Of a stretch of 64,000 nt of DNA, positions 19,860-30,832 are shown in pieces; the stretch's first letter is position 1; each line of letters opens with the position of its first letter. Origin of the DNA: Winogradskyella sp. (GTDB lineage: Bacteria > Bacteroidota > Bacteroidia > Flavobacteriales > Flavobacteriaceae); assembly GCF_003712105.1 (NCBI RefSeq), contig NZ_RHLG01000006.1, forward strand, positions 19,240 to 83,239. The letters run 5' to 3'. The position numbers and the translations under genes were made by a program. The notes beneath the pieces were generated by a model that was not told where the DNA came from, did no database searches, and saw nothing but the letters and a program-made list of their open reading frames with translations.

Positions 19860-21518
19860 ATGAAAAAAGTAGCACTTATTTTTTCTTTTTGCTTTGTAGT
19901 ATTTTCTTGTAACAAAGGAGATAGAGACAGTCAAAGCAGTAATTCAGATAAATACACTGATAATCCAAAATTAGTAGTTGGTATTGTAGTAGATCAGATG
20001 AGATACGACTACCTCACCCGTTTCTATTCAAAATTTGGTGATGGCGGTTTTAAACGGATGATGCGAGACGGTTTCAATTGTAAAAACAATCACTTTAATT
20101 ATGTACCAACTTATACAGGTCCTGGACATGCATCAATTTATACTGGTACAACACCAAAGTATCATGGCATTATAGCCAATGATTGGTACGATAAGGTTGC
20201 TAAAAAGTTTGTGTATTGTGCTGCTGATGACTCAGTATTAGCAGTTGGAAGTGATTCTGAATTAGAGCGTATGTCACCACATCGTTTATTAACTACAACT
20301 ATAACAGATGAAAACAGGTTATTTACACAGATGCGAGGTAAATCGATTGGTATATCTATAAAAGATCGAGGCGCTGTTTTACCAGCAGGTCATACAGCCA
20401 ACGCGGCTTATTGGTTTAGAGGAAAAGACGAAGGTAATTTTATTTCAAGTACGTATTACATGGAAGAATTACCTCAATGGGTTGTTGATTTTAATGCATC
20501 AGAAACAGCGGAATCATACTTAAAGGTTTGGGATACGTTTTATGATATTTCAACTTATACAGAAAGTGGCACTGATTTAAACAATTTTGAAGGTGGTTTT
20601 AAAGGTAAAGAGACAGCTGCTTTTCCATACGATTTAAATGCACTTAAAGACCAAAATGAAGGTTTTGATATTGTAAAGTATAGCCCATTTGGTAATAGTA
20701 TTGTTGCAGATTTTGCAATTGCTGCGGTTGAAAACGAGCAATTAGGTCAAGATGATGATACTGATATTCTCACAGTTAGTTTTTCTAGTACAGATTATAT
20801 AGGGCATAATTTTGGAGTGAATTCTAAAGAAATTGAAGATACATACATAAGGTTAGATAATGATTTAGAACGCTTTTTTAAGTTTTTAGATTCTCAAGTT
20901 GGCAAGGGTGAATACACAGTATTTTTAACTGCTGATCATGGTGCTGTTGAAGTTCCATCATATTTGCAATCCGTTAAGGTTCCTGCAGGGTATTTAGATT
21001 TTGACACCAGAAGAAAGCAGTTCAGAGCATTTTTAGAGCAAACTTATGGAACAACAGAAATTGTTGAAAATGTGAGTAATAATCAAGTGTTCTTAAATAA
21101 AGAAAAGCTTGAGGAATTAAATTTGAACCTTCAAGATGTTGAACAGGCTTTTGTTAATGAACTCATCACATATACTAATATTGCTAAAGCTTATACTTCA
21201 ACAACTATGAGTTCAAACAATTTTACTACTGGAATTGAGTCACTTTTACAAAATGGTTACAATCAAAAACGTTCAGGGGATGTTATTGTAGTTAATGATA
21301 TTGCTCATATTCCTTATGGTAGAACCGGATCTACTCATGGTAGCGGACTTAATTATGACACGCATGTGCCTTTATTATTTTTTGGAAAAGGCATAAAACA
21401 AGGCGAAACTTTGCAAAAAACTGTAATTCCAGATATTGCTCCGACGATTTCAGCACTTTTAGGCATTAGCTATCCTAACGGTGCTACAGGTAAGCCTTTA
21501 GAGTTTGTGCTAGATTAG
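19860..21518 (+). CDS. pafA: Alkaline phosphatase PafA family lipoprotein
   Basis: Lipobox VFSC, VVDQMRYDY, PTYTGPGH (Thr nucleophile), TADHG, STHGS; ATG at 19860. Confidence 0.88.
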   Translation: MKKVALIFSFCFVVFSCNKGDRDSQSSNSDKYTDNPKLVVGIVVDQMRYDYLTRFYSKFGDGGFKRMMRDGFNCKNNHFNYVPTYTGPGHASIYTGTTPKYHGIIANDWYDKVAKKFVYCAADDSVLAVGSDSELERMSPHRLLTTTITDENRLFTQMRGKSIGISIKDRGAVLPAGHTANAAYWFRGKDEGNFISSTYYMEELPQWVVDFNASETAESYLKVWDTFYDISTYTESGTDLNNFEGGFKGKETAAFPYDLNALKDQNEGFDIVKYSPFGNSIVADFAIAAVENEQLGQDDDTDILTVSFSSTDYIGHNFGVNSKEIEDTYIRLDNDLERFFKFLDSQVGKGEYTVFLTADHGAVEVPSYLQSVKVPAGYLDFDTRRKQFRAFLEQTYGTTEIVENVSNNQVFLNKEKLEELNLNLQDVEQAFVNELITYTNIAKAYTSTTMSSNNFTTGIESLLQNGYNQKRSGDVIVVNDIAHIPYGRTGSTHGSGLNYDTHVPLLFFGKGIKQGETLQKTVIPDIAPTISALLGISYPNGATGKPLEFVLD

Positions 21519-21640
21519 GGTTTGCCAAGGTTCAAATTCAATTATAGCAAATTAATTCTGCTCTAAGTGTTAGATAACTAACACTTTAAAAAAAATGTTG
21601 CACATATTTTCGTAATAATTAATTAATCCAATTTATTATT

Positions 21641-24370
21641 ATGAAACAGAATCAACATTTAGTTTTATTTAAAGACTATATCCAAGTGTGTAAAATCTTG
21701 TGCTTTAGTCTTTTTTTATGTTTTTCACTTAATGGTTTTTCGCAAAGCGAATCACGTTTTATTGATGGCGGTGTAATAAGTACAACCGATGATACTACAA
21801 TTTGTGTAGATGGAAACCCGGACCCTATAGATGTAAATCTTGACGATGCCCAAGGCAGGCGCATGCGATGGATTATTACAGACGATTTAAATAATATCTT
21901 GGCGTTACCTACTGCGCCACCATTTGACTTAGATGGAGCAGGTCCAGGAGTTTGTAGAATTTGGCATATTTCATACATATTTGTTAGAGGACTCCGTGTC
22001 GGGAGAAATCTGGATAGATTGCGAGGTATTTATGACCTATCTAATTTCATTACTGTAACAAGAGTACAACCAGAAGGCGGAACCTTAGAAGGTGGACCTT
22101 TTGAATTTACTATGGTTGGTGATGGAAATCCAGACAATATTCCACAAGGTGCAATAACATTGTCAGGTAATTCAGGGAGTAATTCTCAATGGGTAGTTAC
22201 CGATGATCAAGGTGTTATTTTAGGTTTGCCGCCAAATCCATTTGTTGTAGACTTTGATGGTGCTGGTAATGGTACTTGTTTGGTATGGCATTTAAGTTTT
22301 GAAGATGGATTAGAAGGCGCTATTCCAGGTAACAATGCAGCTACTGATCTAGTGGGTTGTTACAGTTTATCAAACCCTATTGAAGTGATACGAAGCGGAG
22401 CTCTTGATGGAGGAACATTATCAGGCGGCCCATTTGAGTTCTGTGTTGGTGACGGCGTTGCCGATAATATAGAGCAAGGTGCCATCACATTAACAGGAAA
22501 TCAAGGTACAAACTCACAATGGGTAGTTACCGATGATCAAGGTGTAATCTTAGGCTTGCCACCAAACCCTTATGTAGTGGATTTTGATGGCGCAGGAGAT
22601 GGCACATGTTTAGTATGGCATTTAAGTTTTGAAGATGGATTACAGGGTGCTGTTCCTGGGAATAATGCGTCAACAGACTTAGTTGGTACCTACGACTTAT
22701 CTAATCCAATTTCAGTAATAAGAACACAACCAGAAGGCGGAACCTTAGAAGGTGGACCTTTTGAATTTACGATGGTTGGTGATGGAAATCCAGACAATAT
22801 TCCACAAGGTGCAATAACATTGACGGGAAATTCAGGAGGTAACTCGCAATGGGTAATCACAGATGATCAAGGTGTTATTTTAGGCTTACCACCAAATCCA
22901 TTTGTTGTAGACTTTGATGGTGCTGGTAATGGTACTTGTTTGGTATGGCATTTAAGCTTTGAAGATGGATTAGAAGGCGCTATTCCAGGTAACAATGCAG
23001 CTACTGATCTAGTGGGTTGTTACAGTTTATCAAACCCTATTGAAGTGATACGAAGCGGAGCTCTTGATGGAGGAACATTATCAGGCGGCCCATTTGAATT
23101 CTGTGTTGGTGACGGCGTTGCCGATAATATAGAGCAAGGTGCCATCACATTAACAGGAAATCAAGGTACAAACTCACAATGGGTAGTTACCGATGATCAA
23201 GGTGTAATCTTAGGCTTGCCACCAAACCCTTATGTAGTGGATTTTGATGGCGCAGGAGATGGCACATGTTTAGTATGGCATTTAAGTTTTGAAGATGGAT
23301 TACAGGGTGCTGTTCCTGGGAATAATGCGTCAACAGACTTAGTTGGTACCTACGACTTATCTAATCCAATTTCAGTAATAAGAACACAACCAGAAGGCGG
23401 AACCTTAGAAGGTGGACCTTTTGAATTTACTATGGTTGGTGATGGAAATCCAGACAATATTCCACAAGGTGCAATAACATTGACGGGAAATTCAGGAGGT
23501 AACTCGCAATGGGTAATCACAGATGATCAAGGTGTTATTTTAGGCTTACCACCAAATCCATTTGTTGTAGACTTTGATGGTGCTGGTAATGGTACTTGTT
23601 TGGTATGGCATTTAAGCTTTGAAGATGGATTAGAAGGTGCTATTCCAGGTAACAATGCAGCCACTGATTTAGTGGGTTGTTACAGTTTATCCAACCCTAT
23701 TGAGGTGTTTAGAAATGATAATGATATTGTATGCGATGTTGATGGAGGTACAATTACTCCAGGAGGTTTATATCTATTTTGTGAAGGTGATGGAGAACCA
23801 GATTACGCAACAGGAATAACACTCTCAGGAAACTCTGGTGGCAACTCACAATGGGTTGTTACTGATGCTCAAGGAACAATTTTAGGATTACCAGCTGACC
23901 CAGCAAATGTAAACTTTGATGTTGCTGGTCCTGGTGTATGTCTTATTTGGCATTTAAGTTTTTCTGGTAATTTAGAAGGCGCAGAACAAGGCAATAGTGC
24001 TTTCACAGATTTAGATGGATGCTATAGTTTGTCTAACCCTATTGCTGTGTTTAGATTTCCTTCTGGAGGAGTAGTTTGTGAGCTGTTGTCTTTCTTAAAT
24101 AGAGAAAGTGATATCGAAATATCAATGTTCCCTAATCCAGCAAGTGAGAAGATTAATCTTGATTTTTCTGAAGTTGAATCAGACAATTTAACGGTTAAGA
24201 TTTTTGACTTCTCTAATAACGAGTTGTATACTAATAAAGTAAACACATTTAGTTTAAGTAAAAAGACACTGCAAGTAAACGTTCAGAATTTTAGACCTGG
24301 CTTTTATTTGGTGAGTGTTACTGATGAGAGTGATAACGTTAAAATGGTTAAGCGCCTAATAATTAAGTAA
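21641..24370 (+). CDS. T9SS cargo protein with seven ~110-aa repeat domains
   Basis: Signal peptide, repeats DGG-L...WV.TD..G.ILGLP...DFDGAG.G.C..WHLS...SNPI.V.R, CTD MFPNP...GFYLVSV...KRLIIK. Confidence 0.8.
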   Translation: MKQNQHLVLFKDYIQVCKILCFSLFLCFSLNGFSQSESRFIDGGVISTTDDTTICVDGNPDPIDVNLDDAQGRRMRWIITDDLNNILALPTAPPFDLDGAGPGVCRIWHISYIFVRGLRVGRNLDRLRGIYDLSNFITVTRVQPEGGTLEGGPFEFTMVGDGNPDNIPQGAITLSGNSGSNSQWVVTDDQGVILGLPPNPFVVDFDGAGNGTCLVWHLSFEDGLEGAIPGNNAATDLVGCYSLSNPIEVIRSGALDGGTLSGGPFEFCVGDGVADNIEQGAITLTGNQGTNSQWVVTDDQGVILGLPPNPYVVDFDGAGDGTCLVWHLSFEDGLQGAVPGNNASTDLVGTYDLSNPISVIRTQPEGGTLEGGPFEFTMVGDGNPDNIPQGAITLTGNSGGNSQWVITDDQGVILGLPPNPFVVDFDGAGNGTCLVWHLSFEDGLEGAIPGNNAATDLVGCYSLSNPIEVIRSGALDGGTLSGGPFEFCVGDGVADNIEQGAITLTGNQGTNSQWVVTDDQGVILGLPPNPYVVDFDGAGDGTCLVWHLSFEDGLQGAVPGNNASTDLVGTYDLSNPISVIRTQPEGGTLEGGPFEFTMVGDGNPDNIPQGAITLTGNSGGNSQWVITDDQGVILGLPPNPFVVDFDGAGNGTCLVWHLSFEDGLEGAIPGNNAATDLVGCYSLSNPIEVFRNDNDIVCDVDGGTITPGGLYLFCEGDGEPDYATGITLSGNSGGNSQWVVTDAQGTILGLPADPANVNFDVAGPGVCLIWHLSFSGNLEGAEQGNSAFTDLDGCYSLSNPIAVFRFPSGGVVCELLSFLNRESDIEISMFPNPASEKINLDFSEVESDNLTVKIFDFSNNELYTNKVNTFSLSKKTLQVNVQNFRPGFYLVSVTDESDNVKMVKRLIIK
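22066..23706 (+). repeat. Intragenic tandem repeat, 660-bp period, about 2.5 copies (A-B-A-B-A)
   Basis: Lines 660 nt apart are nearly identical; by hand I count about 16 differences between copies 1 and 2, one of them in the B half. Confidence 0.95.
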
Positions 24371-24402
24371 TTTGTTGAGTAACAATTAATGTATTGTTGT
24401 TG

Positions 24403-24435
24403 AAAAAAGGCTACTTATTTTAAGTAGCCTTTTTT
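24403..24435. terminator. Bidirectional terminator between convergent genes
   Basis: Perfect 15-bp inverted repeat aaaaaaggctactta-ttt-taagtagcctttttt; the GT2 stop codon lies at the loop. Confidence 0.85.
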
Positions 24436-25256
24436 AATATTCCTTTCCAACGTAGTTGACGTATAAATTGTCCTTCTGCTTTAGTAACTATGTGATTTTT
24501 GCCTTTAAAGTAGCCAATAATATAATTGAAGAACACGATTACACTTCTTTTCTTAAAAGCCATTTTTAAAGAAGATATTAGAGTTAATACAAAGCCGTAT
24601 CGCATTTTGTACAACGCCTCACCTTGAAGATATCTAGAGGATTTATTATATGAATTACCAGTAGGTTTTAAATGTTTTACAATAAGATCTTTATCAGTAG
24701 TAACTTCCCAATTATGATATTGAGCCAAAAGCGTATCTAAAGTATCCCAACCAATGGATGTTTTTAATCCTCCAATAGCTTTAAAGCATGCTTTTCTATA
24801 GGATTTAAAAGGGCCACGAACATGATTTTTGTTAGAAATGTTTTCATAAATCCAGTTGCCATTTTTCTGAATATAAGCCAAGCCTCCGGCAATACCTAAA
24901 GATTTATTTTGAGTAAAAATATCTTTTAGTCGTTCGAGATAGTTGATTGGTAAAATAATATCAGCGTCATACTTACAGATAATATCATAGTCTTCATCAA
25001 GAGTTTCAAATCCTTTATAAAATGCTCTTATAACCTTAGCACCAGGAATATGCTCGTCCGAAGATTCAGCGTTGAGATAAGTTATCCAGTTGTATGTACT
25101 AGCATATTCTGAGATGATTCCTTCTGTGCCGTCTGTAGAATTATCATTAACTATAACAACTTTACTCGGTAAACAGGTTTGCTGGGTTAGGGATTCTAAA
25201 GTTTTACCAATAGAATCTTCTTCATTATGTGCAGGAATGACAATGTAAAATCTCAA
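24420..25256 (-). CDS. Glycosyltransferase family 2
   Basis: IVIPAHNEE, VNDNSTDGT, YDAD (DxD). Confidence 0.88.
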   Translation of the reverse strand: MRFYIVIPAHNEEDSIGKTLESLTQQTCLPSKVVIVNDNSTDGTEGIISEYASTYNWITYLNAESSDEHIPGAKVIRAFYKGFETLDEDYDIICKYDADIILPINYLERLKDIFTQNKSLGIAGGLAYIQKNGNWIYENISNKNHVRGPFKSYRKACFKAIGGLKTSIGWDTLDTLLAQYHNWEVTTDKDLIVKHLKPTGNSYNKSSRYLQGEALYKMRYGFVLTLISSLKMAFKKRSVIVFFNYIIGYFKGKNHIVTKAEGQFIRQLRWKGILKKAT

Positions 25257-25308
25257 AATTCAGTTCTCAATATCCAAAACTAATTAAACCGTTTTGTATT
25301 TTTTGAAT

Positions 25309-25842
25309 TTAGTGGTCGGAATTTTTTATCCGCTCAGCATAAATGATATAATACCGTGGTGTAAACCATCTTAAAAGAGGTCTTATGCCAATTTTCTTAG
25401 TTGGATTGGTCCATTTTTTACGGTCAATAATTTTCCAACCAGATTTCTCTAAAAGCCAATCAAATTGCCAGTCTTCAAATTCATGGTAATGCCTATCCCA
25501 CATATCTGTTTTGCTTCTGTATGCAGATGAAAACCACAATTTAAGTGGTACACTAGCAACAAGTTTATCAGCTTTTATAGATTTTAAAACGGTAAATGGC
25601 GATAATAGATGCTCAAAAATTTCAAATGCTGTGACTACAGTAGCACTAGACTTTTCAATAAAAGAAGTGTCTATATCTAAATCTTCTCCTTTGGTGTTTT
25701 CAACTTTAAATCCATGCTCTCTCATTATTTTAGTGAAAGGGTTTTCCACGCCCAAATCTAAAATCCCTTCAGAGCTACTAATATGAGATTGTAAAAACTC
25801 TAGCGTATGTTTATATCTCTTTTTCGGAAAGTATTTATACAT
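25309..25842 (-). CDS. Small class I SAM-methyltransferase-like protein
   Basis: ILDLGVEN (degenerate motif I), AFEIFEHL (post-II-like). Confidence 0.65.
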   Translation of the reverse strand: MYKYFPKKRYKHTLEFLQSHISSSEGILDLGVENPFTKIMREHGFKVENTKGEDLDIDTSFIEKSSATVVTAFEIFEHLLSPFTVLKSIKADKLVASVPLKLWFSSAYRSKTDMWDRHYHEFEDWQFDWLLEKSGWKIIDRKKWTNPTKKIGIRPLLRWFTPRYYIIYAERIKNSDH

Positions 25843-25868
25843 GAAATCTACAGAAAATAGAATAAAAT

Positions 25869-26927
25869 CTAATATCTGTAAACGATAGCGTTAATATGCA
25901 TGCCAGCGCCTACGCTAGCAAATATAATAACATCGCCTTTATTAATTTCGTGATTACTTAATTTATTATTTCTAATTAAGTCAAACAAAGTTGGTACAGT
26001 CGCAACAGAACTGTTACCTAATTTGTGTATGCTCATAGGCATAATATCTTCAGGAGCTTTGGCTTTAAACAATCTGTAAAAGCGTTTAATTATCGCCTCA
26101 TCCATTTTTTCATTGGCTTGATGAATTAGCACCTTTTTCACTTCAGAAATAGCAACACCACTTTTTTCCAGACAGTCTTTCATGGCCTGGGCCACATTAG
26201 TAAGTGCAAACTCATAGATTTTACGTCCATGCATTTTAATGTATCGCGTGTCTGGATTTAAGTTTTTATTATTTGAATTCCCAAAGAATAAATAATAGGC
26301 TTCGTCGTAAGTAAATGACGCTGTTTCATGGGCTAGTATTCCACCTTCTTCGTCAGAAGCTTCAACAATACTTGCACCTGCACCATCTGAATAAATCATA
26401 GAATCTCTATCGTGTTTATCGACAACCCTCGATAATGTTTCGGCACCAATTACCAAGCAACGCTTTGCCATACCGGCTTTAATAAAAGCCTGAGCTTGTA
26501 TAACGCCTTCAACCCAACCTGGGCAACCAAATAAGATGTCGTAAGCAACACATTTTGGGTTTTTTATTCTAAGTCTATGTTTAATTCGAGAAGCAAGGCA
26601 AGGTAAAATATCACTCTGTATCGTATTATGTTTTACATCACCAAAGTTATGAGAGCATATGATGTAGTCGATAGTTTCCATATCAATATTTGCATCATCA
26701 ATAGCTTTTTGTGCTGCTAAAAATCCAAGGTCTGATGCAGTAAGTTGATCGTCGGCATAACGACGTTCAACTATTCCAGTAATGGCCTTAAATTTTTCTA
26801 CAATAACTTCATTAGGGTAATCTATACTTGAACCATCTGCATTGAGAAATTCATGTTGATGAAAGTCTTGGTTCTTCTCTATGCTACTAGGGATATAACT
26901 ACCTGTGCCAGTTATTTTAATACTCAT
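25869..26927 (-). CDS. fabH: 3-oxoacyl-ACP synthase III (FabH-like)
   Basis: ITGTGSYIP, catalytic C (FGCPGW), H (HQAN) and N (LGNSS), SVGAG; ATG at 26927. Confidence 0.82.
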   Translation of the reverse strand: MSIKITGTGSYIPSSIEKNQDFHQHEFLNADGSSIDYPNEVIVEKFKAITGIVERRYADDQLTASDLGFLAAQKAIDDANIDMETIDYIICSHNFGDVKHNTIQSDILPCLASRIKHRLRIKNPKCVAYDILFGCPGWVEGVIQAQAFIKAGMAKRCLVIGAETLSRVVDKHDRDSMIYSDGAGASIVEASDEEGGILAHETASFTYDEAYYLFFGNSNNKNLNPDTRYIKMHGRKIYEFALTNVAQAMKDCLEKSGVAISEVKKVLIHQANEKMDEAIIKRFYRLFKAKAPEDIMPMSIHKLGNSSVATVPTLFDLIRNNKLSNHEINKGDVIIFASVGAGMHINAIVYRY

Positions 26928-27030
26928 AATTGTGTTACTAAAATTGTTATTCAATTAAAGCGACAATGTAATGATATAAATTTTAACCAGAATTAGATAG
27001 TGTTAGAATTTACGATGCCCAACATGAGAA

Positions 27031-29880
27031 TTATGCTTCTGCATAAGCTTCAATCGGAGTACAGCTACACATTAAATTTCTGTCGCCATAAGCTTCATCA
27101 ACACGTCTAACCGTTGGCCAAAACTTATTATCAGCAACAAAATCTAACGGAAAAGCTGCCTTTTCTCTTGAGTAAGGTAAAAGCCACTCATCTGACGTTA
27201 GCATTGCCATTGTATGAGGTGCATTTTTAAGCACATTATTTGGGTCATCTTTTGTAACGGTCTCAATTTCTTTTCTAATAGAAATCATTGCATCACAAAA
27301 ACGATCCATTTCAGCTTTGCTTTCACTTTCTGTTGGCTCTATCATCATAGTACCAGCTACTGGGAATGATACCGTTGGTGCATGAAACCCGTAATCCATT
27401 AAACGTTTTGCAATATCAACGACTTCAATGCCATTGGCTTTAAAAGCACGACAATCAATAATCATTTCGTGAGCAGCACGTCCGTTTTCTCCAGTGTAAA
27501 GGGTGTCGTAGTAGCCTTCTAAACGTTCTTTGATATAATTGGCGTTAAGAATAGCCACTTCTGTTGAATCTTTAAGTCCTTTTGCACCTAGCATTTTAAT
27601 ATAACCATACGAAATAATACATGCCAATGCAGACCCGAAAGGTGCTGCTGATATCGCCGTAATTGCTTGATTTCCGCCAGTAGTAATAATAGGATTTGTA
27701 GGTAAGAATGGTACGAGTTGTTTGGCAACGCAAATTGGCCCAACACCTGGTCCACCACCACCATGTGGAATTGCAAAGGTCTTGTGTAGGTTAAGGTGGC
27801 AAACGTCAGCACCAATATTACCTGGATGTGTTAATCCTACTTGAGCATTCATATTGGCGCCATCCATGTATACTTGGCCACCATTATCGTGAATAATTTT
27901 TGTGATCTCAGTAATCTCAGATTCGTAAACACCATGAGTAGAAGGATAAGTTACCATTAATGCCGCTAAATTATCTTTATGCAATTCTGCTTTAGCTCTT
28001 AAATCCTCAACATCTATATTACCATTTTCGGATGCTTTTGTAACTACTACTTTCATACCAGCCATTACAGCACTTGCAGGGTTTGTACCATGTGCGGATG
28101 ACGGAATTAAGCATATATTTCTATGGTGGTCACCACGAGATTGGTGATATGCTCTTATCACCATTAACCCAGCAAATTCTCCTTGTGCACCAGAATTTGG
28201 CTGAAGTGAAGTACCCGCAAAGCCTGTAATTTCAGTAAGCTGGTCTTCTAGAGCCTTTAGCATTTTTGCATAGCCTTGAGCTTGTTCAATAGGTGCAAAT
28301 GGATGTATATTACCCCAACTACTCCAGCTTAGAGGTAACATCTCGGAAGCAGCATTAAGCTTCATTGTACAAGATCCAAGCGAAATCATAGAATGGTTCA
28401 ATGCTAAATCTTTTCGCTCTAAACGCTTAATGTAACGCATTAATTCAGTCTCAGAATGATAAGAATTAAACACATCGTGAGATAGAAAATCCGATTTACG
28501 AACTAATGCATTTGGTGTTGTATTTGCTGATGAAAGCGTTGTAATTTTATCAGTAGATTTTCCTAATACAGCTTCAAAAATTTCAACTATTTCATTTAAA
28601 TCCGAAATAGATGTAGTTTCATTTACTGAAATGGTTACTGTATCTTCATTTGGGTAATAGAAATTAACTTGTCTTTTTTCGGCTTCTGTCTTAACTTTTG
28701 AAGCCTCAGCATTAATCTGAATGGTATCAAAGTAGTGCGAATTTGTTTGAGTTAAGCCCAAGCCTGAAAGTGCATTAGATAATGTATAGGCAGAGTCGTT
28801 GACTTTATTGGCAATAAACTCTAAACCTTTTGGGCCATGATACACAGCATACATCCCGGCCATTACCGCCAATAGAACTTGTGCTGTACATATGTTTGAT
28901 GTTGCTTTATCGCGCTTTATGTGTTGTTCTCTAGTCTGTAATGCCATACGAAGCGCACGATTGCCATTCATGTCCCGTGTAACACCTATAATACGACCAG
29001 GTACGTCTCTTTTATATGCTTCTTTAGTTGCAAAGTAAGCCGCATGTGGACCACCATATCCCATTGGGATTCCAAATCGTTGCGTAGTTCCAACGACAAC
29101 ATCAGCACCAAATTTTCCTGGAGCTTCTAGTTTTATTAAGCTCAAAATATCAGCAGCAACTGCAACTTTAATCCTCGCTGCTTTTGCACTCTCAATAAAT
29201 GATTTAATATCTGTTATTTGTCCACTTTTTCCTGGGTATTGGAGTAGTGCACCAAAGAAATCTTCAGTAAAATTAAATTCAGATTCTTTACCAACTACTA
29301 ATTCTATACCAATAGGAGTCGCCCTTGTTTCGAGCAATGATAGTGTTTGTGGTAAAATTGCTTCAGAAACAAAGAATTTATTGACTCCAGCCTTTTTTTG
29401 GTCACGTTCTCTAACTGCAAATAGTAAACTCATAGCTTCGGCCGCAGCAGTACTTTCATCAAGTAAAGATGCATTAGCTATTTCCATACCGGTCAAGTCA
29501 ATTACCACAGTTTGAAAATTAAGCAGGGCTTCTAATCTACCTTGAGCGATTTCAGCTTGGTAAGGCGTATATGCCGTGTACCAACCAGGATTTTCAAGAA
29601 TATTTCTTTGAATAACCGCAGGTAAATTTGTTGGATGATAACCTAAACCAATATAGGATTTAAATACTTTATTAAGTTGCGATAATTCGTATATGTGACT
29701 TAGATATTCTTGTTCGCTTAAAGCGGGTTCTAATTCTAAATCTTTATCAAGTCTAATATGAGATGGTACAGTTTCAGAAATTAGTTGCTCTATACTTGTT
29801 ACACCTATAGTATTTAGCATTTTTTTTTGCTCCTCAGGGTTAGGCCCAATATGTCTTAATGCAAAAGAAGTTGTGTCCAT
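27031..29880 (-). CDS. gcvP: Glycine dehydrogenase (glycine cleavage P protein)
   Basis: [30 protein letters not shown] (PLP lysine), MIEPTESES. Confidence 0.97.
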   Translation of the reverse strand: MDTTSFALRHIGPNPEEQKKMLNTIGVTSIEQLISETVPSHIRLDKDLELEPALSEQEYLSHIYELSQLNKVFKSYIGLGYHPTNLPAVIQRNILENPGWYTAYTPYQAEIAQGRLEALLNFQTVVIDLTGMEIANASLLDESTAAAEAMSLLFAVRERDQKKAGVNKFFVSEAILPQTLSLLETRATPIGIELVVGKESEFNFTEDFFGALLQYPGKSGQITDIKSFIESAKAARIKVAVAADILSLIKLEAPGKFGADVVVGTTQRFGIPMGYGGPHAAYFATKEAYKRDVPGRIIGVTRDMNGNRALRMALQTREQHIKRDKATSNICTAQVLLAVMAGMYAVYHGPKGLEFIANKVNDSAYTLSNALSGLGLTQTNSHYFDTIQINAEASKVKTEAEKRQVNFYYPNEDTVTISVNETTSISDLNEIVEIFEAVLGKSTDKITTLSSANTTPNALVRKSDFLSHDVFNSYHSETELMRYIKRLERKDLALNHSMISLGSCTMKLNAASEMLPLSWSSWGNIHPFAPIEQAQGYAKMLKALEDQLTEITGFAGTSLQPNSGAQGEFAGLMVIRAYHQSRGDHHRNICLIPSSAHGTNPASAVMAGMKVVVTKASENGNIDVEDLRAKAELHKDNLAALMVTYPSTHGVYESEITEITKIIHDNGGQVYMDGANMNAQVGLTHPGNIGADVCHLNLHKTFAIPHGGGGPGVGPICVAKQLVPFLPTNPIITTGGNQAITAISAAPFGSALACIISYGYIKMLGAKGLKDSTEVAILNANYIKERLEGYYDTLYTGENGRAAHEMIIDCRAFKANGIEVVDIAKRLMDYGFHAPTVSFPVAGTMMIEPTESESKAEMDRFCDAMISIRKEIETVTKDDPNNVLKNAPHTMAMLTSDEWLLPYSREKAAFPLDFVADNKFWPTVRRVDEAYGDRNLMCSCTPIEAYAEA

Positions 29881-29903
29881 TATTTGTTAGCTGAATTATC
29901 GTG

Positions 29904-29911
29904 CAAAAATA
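29904..29911 (-). promoter_or_regulatory. -7 box TATTTTTG upstream of gcvP
   Basis: CAAAAATA on the + strand, 24 nt from the start codon. Confidence 0.45.
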
Positions 29912-29998
29912 ATGCAATTAGGGCTTATTTTTAGTTAAGGAATACTAAAGTTTTTAACTGAAACATATGGTTATTAACACTTTGGTTATTTTTACATT

Positions 29999-30832
29999 AT
30001 GAAGGTATTTAAGTCTTTATTTAATTTTTACATCAATGCTAGCATTCACGTAGCTTTAGGAGTGTATGCTATGACTTGGATTACGTGTATTGAATACGAC
30101 GTGGCATACGATGAGGACTATTTATATTTTGTGTTTTTTGCGACGATTACGGCCTACAATTTTATCAAGTATTTTGGGTTGGCCAAATTTCATCATCGTA
30201 GCCTTGCTAATTGGCTGAAAGCTATTCAGATTTTTTCGGCAATTGCTTTTGTATTTATGTGCTATTATCTTCTTCAACTTAATAGCGCCACATATATATT
30301 ATTGGGTGTTTTAGGCTTAATTACTTTTCTGTACGCCATACCATTTCTTCCTAAGCATTATTTGTTTGATGAACAGCAGAACCTAAGAGAAATAAGCGGA
30401 ATTAAAATCTATATTATAGCTTTAGTATGGGCAGCTGTAACAGTACTTTTGCCCTTAGCTAATAACGGTATAGAGTTTTCTTTTGATGTTATTATCACAG
30501 GATTTCAACGCTTTTGCTTTGTGATTGTATTGATGTTGCCGTTTGAAATCAGAGATTTAAACTACGATAGTTTAAAACTCGCTACCATTCCTCAAAAAAT
30601 TGGCATAAAAAAAACCAAATTAATAGGAGTACTATTACTTATGGTATTTTTAATGTCTGAATTCTTTAAAGATGGCCTTGATTATACTGAGGTAATCAGT
30701 ACTTTGATTATATGTTTTGTAACCCTTTTATTTTTAGTGTTTTCATCACAAAAAAAATCAAAATACTATTGTGCTTTTTGGGTAGAAGCCATTCCTATAT
30801 TTTGGTTAGGAATTTTACTTTTGCTTAGCTAA
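29999..30832 (+). CDS. Polytopic membrane protein, UbiA-prenyltransferase-like
   Basis: About 8 TM segments, PFEIRDLNYD..TIPQKIG Asp-rich loop. Confidence 0.6.
   Translation: MKVFKSLFNFYINASIHVALGVYAMTWITCIEYDVAYDEDYLYFVFFATITAYNFIKYFGLAKFHHRSLANWLKAIQIFSAIAFVFMCYYLLQLNSATYILLGVLGLITFLYAIPFLPKHYLFDEQQNLREISGIKIYIIALVWAAVTVLLPLANNGIEFSFDVIITGFQRFCFVIVLMLPFEIRDLNYDSLKLATIPQKIGIKKTKLIGVLLLMVFLMSEFFKDGLDYTEVISTLIICFVTLLFLVFSSQKKSKYYCAFWVEAIPIFWLGILLLLS

Noticed and set aside
21529-21539. GGTTCAAATTC resembling a tRNA T-loop
   Set aside because: No acceptor, D or anticodon stems can be built around it
21565-21586. 9-bp inverted repeat aagtgttag-ataa-ctaacactt after pafA
   Set aside because: Single occurrence with no T tract on the + strand; cannot tell a terminator from an operator or chance
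22066-23706. Direct repeats considered as CRISPR or IS-related
   Set aside because: The 660-bp in-frame units have no spacers, terminal repeats or transposase; this is a coding tandem duplication
29881-29998. Possible glycine riboswitch upstream of gcvP
   Set aside because: The region is short and AT-rich, lacks the conserved aptamer motifs, and has a promoter box only 24 nt from the start
30815-30832. 18-nt overlap of convergent 3' ends
   Set aside because: Common in compact genomes; no further structure seen
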